Shown here in pieces: positions 58,317 through 64,000 of a stretch of DNA of 64,000 bases (its first letter is position 1; every line of letters starts with the position of its first letter). The position numbers were made by a program, and so were the translations under genes. The notes under the pieces are model-generated. The model saw only the letters and a program-made list of their open reading frames with translations. It had not been told where the DNA came from and searched no databases. This DNA comes from an uncultured Candidatus Saccharibacteria bacterium (GTDB lineage Bacteria > Patescibacteriota > Minisyncoccia > Phycocordibacterales > DAORIS01). The stretch lies in the NCBI GenBank assembly GCA_964644035.1, contig CAZXUH010000002.1, positions 104,881 through 168,880 on the forward strand, written 5' to 3'.

Positions 58317-59424
58317 AGACTTCTTTTAACTTATCTATCATTGTAGCATGGCTGAAATTATCTTTCACTTGCTTATAAAGTGCTTCAGAAAGGAAGTCCT
58401 TATCGGTATTGGAAGTAATATATTCTAGACCTTCAAAAAAACTACCGGCATTTGACGGCTCAACAAGAACACCATTTACCCTATCTGTTATAAGTTCTGG
58501 TATTCCACCTACTTTTGAGGCAACAACTGGTAGGTGGGCTAGTGCAGCTTCAAGAGGGACGTAGGGGAAAGCCTCAGTTCTTGAAGTGAGAGTGAAAATA
58601 TCAAAAGCCTTGAGATATCTGGCGGCATCTTTTACAAATCCTGCCAGAGTGACATGGAGCCACAAATTATTGTCACGAATATATGTTTCAAGTTCTTTTC
58701 TCTGTTCGCCTTCACCGACGATTATAAAATGCGAAAGAGGGTTATTATTTCTAAACTGATTGAAACCTTGTAGTGCTATATCCAAACCTTTATTTCTATG
58801 AAGTTCCGATATGGTACCAATTACCAGTGTGCCAGGCTTCAGCGTCCCTATACCAAGCATTTCTCGAGCATTCTCACGAGGTATGAAATCGATATCTCCA
58901 ATGCCGTTGTATATGACTTTGATTTTTTTGGAAACCCAAGGAAGGGTATTGATATCATTCTTTATTTTTTCTGCCACGGCGATGGTGGTATGGGAAAGCA
59001 TGACGGTAATCCAGTGTACGATAAGTATTATTTTCTTCTGAAGCCATGGTCTGTTTTCATTGAAGGCCCAACCGTGTCCAGTAAAAATGATATTGGGAAC
59101 TTTTGCGAAGCGAGCAGCCAAGGCGCCGATGCCGCCGATTTTAGAACTATTGAGATGAACAATATCAGGCTTTTCCTTTTTAAAAATAGACATAAGCTCG
59201 AACAAAGAACGAATGTCTTTTATAAAAGAAATATCTCGGACGAGAGATTTCATTGAAATAGTACGAATATTTTTTTCAGCTAGTTTTTCAAAAAGAACGC
59301 CGTTGCCACCACCGATGACGGCTACGTCATACTGGCTATTTAGATGGGTTGCAACATCGTAGACATATCTCTGTGCACCACCAAAATTGGTCTTGGTAAT
59401 AATCAGGAAGAGTTTCTTCTTCAT
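58297..59424 (-). CDS. GT4 family (GT-B) glycosyltransferase
   Basis: C-terminal E..G.P..E motif region (EAFPYVPLEAALAHLPVVASKVGGIPELI). Confidence 0.8.
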   Translation of the reverse strand: MKKKLFLIITKTNFGGAQRYVYDVATHLNSQYDVAVIGGGNGVLFEKLAEKNIRTISMKSLVRDISFIKDIRSLFELMSIFKKEKPDIVHLNSSKIGGIGALAARFAKVPNIIFTGHGWAFNENRPWLQKKIILIVHWITVMLSHTTIAVAEKIKNDINTLPWVSKKIKVIYNGIGDIDFIPRENAREMLGIGTLKPGTLVIGTISELHRNKGLDIALQGFNQFRNNNPLSHFIIVGEGEQRKELETYIRDNNLWLHVTLAGFVKDAARYLKAFDIFTLTSRTEAFPYVPLEAALAHLPVVASKVGGIPELITDRVNGVLVEPSNAGSFFEGLEYITSNTDKDFLSEALYKQVKDNFSHATMIDKLKEVYENPHR

Positions 59425-59491
59425 GCAATCAATATACCATGCATTTGGCGTCAGACGGGACAGAAAAGGCTTATTTTGCTAGACTATCGCC

Positions 59492-60832
59492 ATGGATCAT
59501 ATTCCTCGTTCCAGCCGATTATTTATCTTTTTCGGGGACGTCATTCTTCTCTATGTAGCACTTGTTGCTGCCCTTTGGATTCGTTATCCTCGCGGAATCT
59601 CTCGAGAAATTGTTGAAGTACATATTCTACCGTTCTCAATTCTGTTCGTATTGTGGATCACTGTATTTTTGATTGCTGGATTGTATAAAAAACATCTTAG
59701 TGTCAGAAAAAATCGTTTGCCGAGCACTATTCTTAGAGTTCAGATTATCAACAGTGTGTTGGCGGTTATCTTTTTCTATTCGACAACCTATTTCGGAATT
59801 GCTCCGAAGACGACGCTCTTTATTTATCTACTCGTATCTTTTTTCATGATTACGCTCTGGCGTATGTACGGACCTATTCTGCTTGGTAATAGGGCAGACT
59901 TGGCAATTTTCATTACTGCAGGCGGAGAATCAAATGAACTCACTGAAGAACTTCGCAGGTACAAAGGGTATCCAATTGCAGTAGCCCAAGTGATCGATTT
60001 AGAAAAAGAAACAGATGTTGTCGGTGCTCTCAAAGCGGCTGTTGCCAACAATCCCGAGGCATCGATACTCGTATCTGATCTCGACGATGTACGAATGAAT
60101 CCTGCTTTGCAGTATGTCTACGAACTCGTTAGTCGTGGCTATGCGTATTTTAGTATTCACAGCGTCTATGAAGAAGTATTTCAGCGTTTGCCTGTCTCGC
60201 TTCTCGACGATCGCTGGCTGATTGAGCATATGTCGCTTTTCCCGGGCCGGGCATACGATATTCTCAAAAGGACTGTCGATATTGTGGCTGGCACGCTGGC
60301 TTTTATCATCTCTCTTCCTTTTTATATAATTGCTTTCATACTTATCAAGCTCGATGACGGTGGACCACTGTATTTTGTCCATGAACGCGTCGGTCAGAAA
60401 AACAGGCCGATCAGGATCGTAAAATTTAGAAGCATGTCCGTGCATGACGAAAAAGATGGTTTGGCAAAAGAAAAGAAATTGACACGCGTTGGTACCTTTC
60501 TTAGGAAATCTCGTATCGATGAACTGCCTCAGCTTTGGAATGTGATAAAGGGTGATCTTTCACTTATTGGTCCGCGTTCCGAACTTCCAAAGCTCGTTGC
60601 TGTCTATGAAAAAGAAATTCCTTACTATGCACTTCGCCATAGCGTGAAGCCAGGACTTTCGGGCTGGGCACAGATCAATCAAAAGACGCCGCCAAAGTTT
60701 TTTGCCGATTCAGAACTCACTAAGCAGAAAGTTTCTTATGATCTCTATTACATACAACACCGATCATTTATGCTCGATATGTTGATTGTGTTGCAAACGA
60801 TTCGTGAACTTGTTTCAAGTAGGGGAATATAA
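59492..60832 (+). CDS. initiating polyprenyl-phosphate sugar-phosphate transferase (bacterial sugar transferase family, WbaP/CpsE-like)
   Basis: N-terminal TM bundle plus a C-terminal Bac_transf domain (KFRSM...DELPQLWNVIKGDLSLIGPR). Confidence 0.82.
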   Translation: MDHIPRSSRLFIFFGDVILLYVALVAALWIRYPRGISREIVEVHILPFSILFVLWITVFLIAGLYKKHLSVRKNRLPSTILRVQIINSVLAVIFFYSTTYFGIAPKTTLFIYLLVSFFMITLWRMYGPILLGNRADLAIFITAGGESNELTEELRRYKGYPIAVAQVIDLEKETDVVGALKAAVANNPEASILVSDLDDVRMNPALQYVYELVSRGYAYFSIHSVYEEVFQRLPVSLLDDRWLIEHMSLFPGRAYDILKRTVDIVAGTLAFIISLPFYIIAFILIKLDDGGPLYFVHERVGQKNRPIRIVKFRSMSVHDEKDGLAKEKKLTRVGTFLRKSRIDELPQLWNVIKGDLSLIGPRSELPKLVAVYEKEIPYYALRHSVKPGLSGWAQINQKTPPKFFADSELTKQKVSYDLYYIQHRSFMLDMLIVLQTIRELVSSRGI

Positions 60833-60840
60833 TACATATA

Positions 60841-61734
60841 ATGAATAAAAAAGTAGTTGTCACCGGCGGTGCAGGATTTATCGGGTCAAATCTTGTCGAC
60901 GGTCTGATTGCTGCTGGATATGATGTGCATGTCATTGATAATTTGATTGCTGGCAAAAAAGAACAGGTCAATCCAAAAGCTACGCTACATATAAAAGACA
61001 TTTGTTCTGTTTCAGATATTGAACCTATTTTGAAAAATACCGATGTGGTATTTCATCTTGCGGCATTGCCTCGCGTGCAGGATTCGATCGACAATCCAGC
61101 GCAAGTACATGAAGTCAATGTCACTGGCACACTCAATATGCTCGTCGCTTCTTCTAAAGCAAAGGTCAGAAGGTTTATATTCACATCTTCCGCTGCAGTG
61201 TATGGTGATCAGCAGGATTTGCCACTCAAAGAAAGTCATATTCCAACTCCTAAAAGTCCATATGGACTTCACAAACAAATAGGTGAGCAATATGCGCGTT
61301 TGTGGAATGAATTGTACGGTCTTGAGACTGTGTCTCTTCGATATTTCAATGTCTATGGTCCAAGACAAAGTGCCCAAGGCTCATATCCATTGGTCATAGC
61401 AAAATTCATTGATCTCAAAAAACAAAACAAACCTCTTACGATTACCGGTAGTGGGGAACAAACAAGAGATTTTGTGCATGTGAGCGATATTGTTGCAGCA
61501 AATATTGCAGCGGCAGAAAATAAAAGTATAGGAAAAGGTGAAGTGATCAATATCGGCAGCGGCGTAGAAACTTCGGTCAAAACCGTCGCGTCTACTGTTG
61601 GCGGGCAGATTGAGTATATTGCAGCTCGAGTGGAACCAAGTCGTTCGGTAGCCGATGTTTCACTTGCGGCAAAACTTTTGCAATGGAAAAGCAAAGTAGA
61701 TTTTAAAAAGGGTATAGCTGATCTCCTTATATAA
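60841..61734 (+). CDS. NAD-dependent epimerase/dehydratase (GalE-like short SDR)
   Basis: VTGGAGFIGSNL and catalytic YGLHK (YxxxK). Confidence 0.8.
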   Translation: MNKKVVVTGGAGFIGSNLVDGLIAAGYDVHVIDNLIAGKKEQVNPKATLHIKDICSVSDIEPILKNTDVVFHLAALPRVQDSIDNPAQVHEVNVTGTLNMLVASSKAKVRRFIFTSSAAVYGDQQDLPLKESHIPTPKSPYGLHKQIGEQYARLWNELYGLETVSLRYFNVYGPRQSAQGSYPLVIAKFIDLKKQNKPLTITGSGEQTRDFVHVSDIVAANIAAAENKSIGKGEVINIGSGVETSVKTVASTVGGQIEYIAARVEPSRSVADVSLAAKLLQWKSKVDFKKGIADLLI

Positions 61735-61778
61735 GCAATTTGATTTTTAGGCTTTAGCACGGTAGCATAGCCCTACAT

Positions 61779-63107
61779 ATGAAATACAGGATTTACGCAG
61801 TTGTACTGCTTATTGTCGCTTTTGGTTTTGGCTACGGTATATATGCCTCAGAACTCTCTACAGCAAAAGGTTTTTTGGCAAAGTTCCCCTTTAAACTCGG
61901 TCTCGATCTCGCTGGTGGTACAGAACTGCTCTATACCGCTGATACATCAAAACTCGCTTCGGGAGATGTGAGCGATTCAATGGCTGCACTTCGTGATGTG
62001 ATTGAAACTCGCGTCAATGCGTTTGGAGTGTCAGAACCTGTGGTACAAGTTCAGAAAAGTGGTGCTCTTGGAAATGGTAGCGATCAATTGCTCGTAGAAT
62101 TGCCTGGTGTCACAGATGTGCAGGCTGCTATCGATCAGATTGGGAAGACACCTGTCTTGGAATTCAAACTAGCCGAAATCGTACCAGTGGGAGGGACGTC
62201 TGCTACTTCAACTGGAAGTTCGACAGTTACCTTTACAGACACAGGACTCACTGGCCGATATCTCGAGCGTTCAATGGTTCAATTTGATCCAAATACCAAT
62301 GCTCCTGTTATCACTCTTCAATTCAACAATGAAGGTCAGGAACTTTTTGCTGAACTGACAAAAGCTCATGTTGGAAAGCCTCTTGCAATATTCCTCGATG
62401 GCAATATCCTTTCCATGCCGTATATAAGAGAGCAGGTGCTCGGTGGTCAGGCTCAGATCACGGGCAGCTTTACAACCAAAGAAGCACAGACACTTGTGCG
62501 CAATCTCAACTACGGTGCTCTTCCAGTACCAATTAGTCTTTCAAGTACGCAATCAATCGGTCCATCACTCGGTGAAGCGGCAGTCAATGCCGGAGTTTTT
62601 GCTGGTATTGTAGGATTTGCTGCTCTCGCACTCTTCTTGCTCTTCTGGTATCGATTACCAGGTCTTATTGCAGTCATCGCTCTTGCTCTCTACGTTATTT
62701 TGAGCTTAGTAATCTTCAAACTTATTCCAGTCACCATGACTGCCGCTGGTATTGCCGGATTTATATTGTCAGTAGGTATGGCTGTAGACGCAAATATTCT
62801 CATCTTCGAGCGTATGAAGGAAGAGCTTAAGCGTGGCAAATCGGTCAGCGATGCTATCCACGAAGGTTTTCATCGAGCGTGGCTTTCTATTAGAGATTCA
62901 AACATCTCAAGTATCATTACAGCCTGCGTCCTTTTCTGGCTCGGTACGTCGTCGGTCAAAGGTTTTGCACTGACACTCGGCGTCGGTGTCGCAGTCAGCA
63001 TGTTTACGGCTATTACCGCCTCACGAACATTCCTATACTCGATTGCTCCCAAGAAAAGCAATGCCTTCAGTCGATTCCTTTTTAGCAATGGTCTTCATAT
63101 CAAATAA
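61779..63107 (+). CDS. secD: protein translocase subunit SecD
   Basis: N-terminal TM, periplasmic domain LGLDLAGGTELLY, and a C-terminal 6-TM domain. Confidence 0.88.
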   Translation: MKYRIYAVVLLIVAFGFGYGIYASELSTAKGFLAKFPFKLGLDLAGGTELLYTADTSKLASGDVSDSMAALRDVIETRVNAFGVSEPVVQVQKSGALGNGSDQLLVELPGVTDVQAAIDQIGKTPVLEFKLAEIVPVGGTSATSTGSSTVTFTDTGLTGRYLERSMVQFDPNTNAPVITLQFNNEGQELFAELTKAHVGKPLAIFLDGNILSMPYIREQVLGGQAQITGSFTTKEAQTLVRNLNYGALPVPISLSSTQSIGPSLGEAAVNAGVFAGIVGFAALALFLLFWYRLPGLIAVIALALYVILSLVIFKLIPVTMTAAGIAGFILSVGMAVDANILIFERMKEELKRGKSVSDAIHEGFHRAWLSIRDSNISSIITACVLFWLGTSSVKGFALTLGVGVAVSMFTAITASRTFLYSIAPKKSNAFSRFLFSNGLHIK

Positions 63108-63118
63108 TCCTACGATCC

Positions 63119-64000
63119 ATGTTTATCATCACCTATAGAAAAGTATTCTACGCCCTGTCGATTGTCCTGATCGCTCTTTCCATTGTGACTTTTTGGAAGC
63201 CTGGTGTACATTTTGGCATTGATTTTGTCGGAGGTAGTATTACTGAAGTCAGCTATGCTGAACGTCCCGAAAAAACAATTGTAGATGAAAATATTGAAAA
63301 ACTTTCTCTTGGTACGGTTCTCGTTCAACCAGTAGGAGACAATAAGTATGTTGTTAGAAGTAAAGAACTCACTGAAGAAGAAAAAGCATCGCTTCTTACC
63401 GCTTTGACCGTAGGCGAGACCAAACTCGAACGCTTCAATTCTATTGGTCCAGTTGTCGGCAATGAACTTCGTCAGAAAGCATACTTGGCTATTGCGCTCG
63501 TGATCGCCTTCATTGTCTTGTTTGTGACATTTGCATTCAGAAAAGTGTCTGAACCGGTGTCTTCGTGGAAATTTGGTTTGGCTACGATTATTGCTTTGGC
63601 GCACGATGTGATCATTCCCGCTGGAGGATTTATCATTGTCTCTCATTATTTGGGTGGGGAAATAGACATGCTTTTCATGTCGGCTATCTTGGCTATTCTT
63701 GGCTTCTCAGTTCATGACACGATTGTCGTATTTGATCGCGTTAGAGAACATCTCGCTACAAATAAAAGAGATCGTGTGCACGAATCATTCGAAACCACTG
63801 TCGGCAAAAGCGTTACCGAAACATTTGGCCGCTCGATCAATACTTCGGTCACGATATTTATCGTTCTTCTTGCTCTCTTTATACTCGGTCCAGAAACAAC
63901 AAGAAACTTCACTCTTACGTTGATTATCGGTATCGTCGCTGGTACATACTCTTCGATATTCATCGCTTCTCCACTTCTTGTGACCTTTGAGAAGATGCAA
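63119..64000 (+). CDS. secF: protein translocase subunit SecF (3' end beyond the window; absent from the ORF track because it has no stop)
   Basis: I translated it manually from the ATG at 63119: MFIITYRKVFYALSIVLIALSIVTFWKPGVHFGIDFVGGS...LRQKAYLAIALVIAFIVLFV...DTIVVFDRVRE. This is the canonical SecF and it directly follows secD. Confidence 0.85.
   Translation, partial: MFIITYRKVFYALSIVLIALSIVTFWKPGVHFGIDFVGGSITEVSYAERPEKTIVDENIEKLSLGTVLVQPVGDNKYVVRSKELTEEEKASLLTALTVGETKLERFNSIGPVVGNELRQKAYLAIALVIAFIVLFVTFAFRKVSEPVSSWKFGLATIIALAHDVIIPAGGFIIVSHYLGGEIDMLFMSAILAILGFSVHDTIVVFDRVREHLATNKRDRVHESFETTVGKSVTETFGRSINTSVTIFIVLLALFILGPETTRNFTLTLIIGIVAGTYSSIFIASPLLVTFEKMQ

Noticed and set aside
63110-64000. 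Minus-strand ORFs 63110-63646, 63712-63963 and 63785-64000, and plus-strand ORF 63699-63923
   Set aside because: The plus-strand frame from the ATG at 63119 encodes an unmistakable SecF that runs off the window. The listed ORFs are antisense or out-of-frame shadows of it.

Overview
The window is gene-dense and AT-rich overall, with GC-rich rRNA and structured-RNA islands. It looks like a reduced genome of the Candidate Phyla Radiation / Patescibacteria (Parcubacteria-like) type. Evidence for that: small housekeeping genes packed with 0-15 nt spacers and frequent stop/start overlaps; a 23S-5S rRNA unit with no 16S upstream; two ORF-less group I introns in the 23S rRNA at the classical sites L1931 and L2593; no rplA at either canonical position (rplK and rplJ-rplL are separated by about 31 kb); and type IV pilin, Dsb and SIMPL envelope genes. 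The core content is glycolysis (tpiA-pgk), secE-nusG-rplK, rpsF-ssb-rpsR, rplJ-rplL, recA, recJ, recO, ftsK, efp, secD/secF, and five aminoacyl-tRNA synthetases (ArgS, IleS, GlyRS, MetRS). Four things stand out. (1) The IleS gene carries a roughly 200-aa in-frame insertion of a histidine-phosphatase (PGAM-like) domain, with RHG and SH motifs, between the catalytic core and the KMSKS region. (2) There is a compact five-gene cluster for lipid-linked pentose glycosylation. It encodes a UbiA-type polyprenyl-phosphate phosphoribosyltransferase that is a close homolog of DPPR synthase, an extended-SDR epimerase, a GT-C membrane glycosyltransferase, a four-TM SMR-like flippase candidate and a HAD phosphatase. 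(3) A thymidylate-cycle supercluster (folA, dCMP deaminase, thyA, glyA, dut) has atypical members: an RfaE-II-like nucleotidyltransferase, a dCMP deaminase with a 130-aa N-terminal extension, a GalT-like HIT protein, and a ThyA with divergent phosphate-binding residues. (4) Two large secreted proteins sit next to each other: a peptidoglycan-binding surface protein and a beta-helix protein fused to an LCAT-like lipase. A GC-rich, structured 130-nt island between argS and ileS, and a promoter-plus-terminator unit in the 23S leader, are candidate ncRNAs or attenuators. I found no tRNA, CRISPR array, transposase or integrase. SecF (63119 to the window end) is real but is missing from the ORF track because it has no in-window stop.
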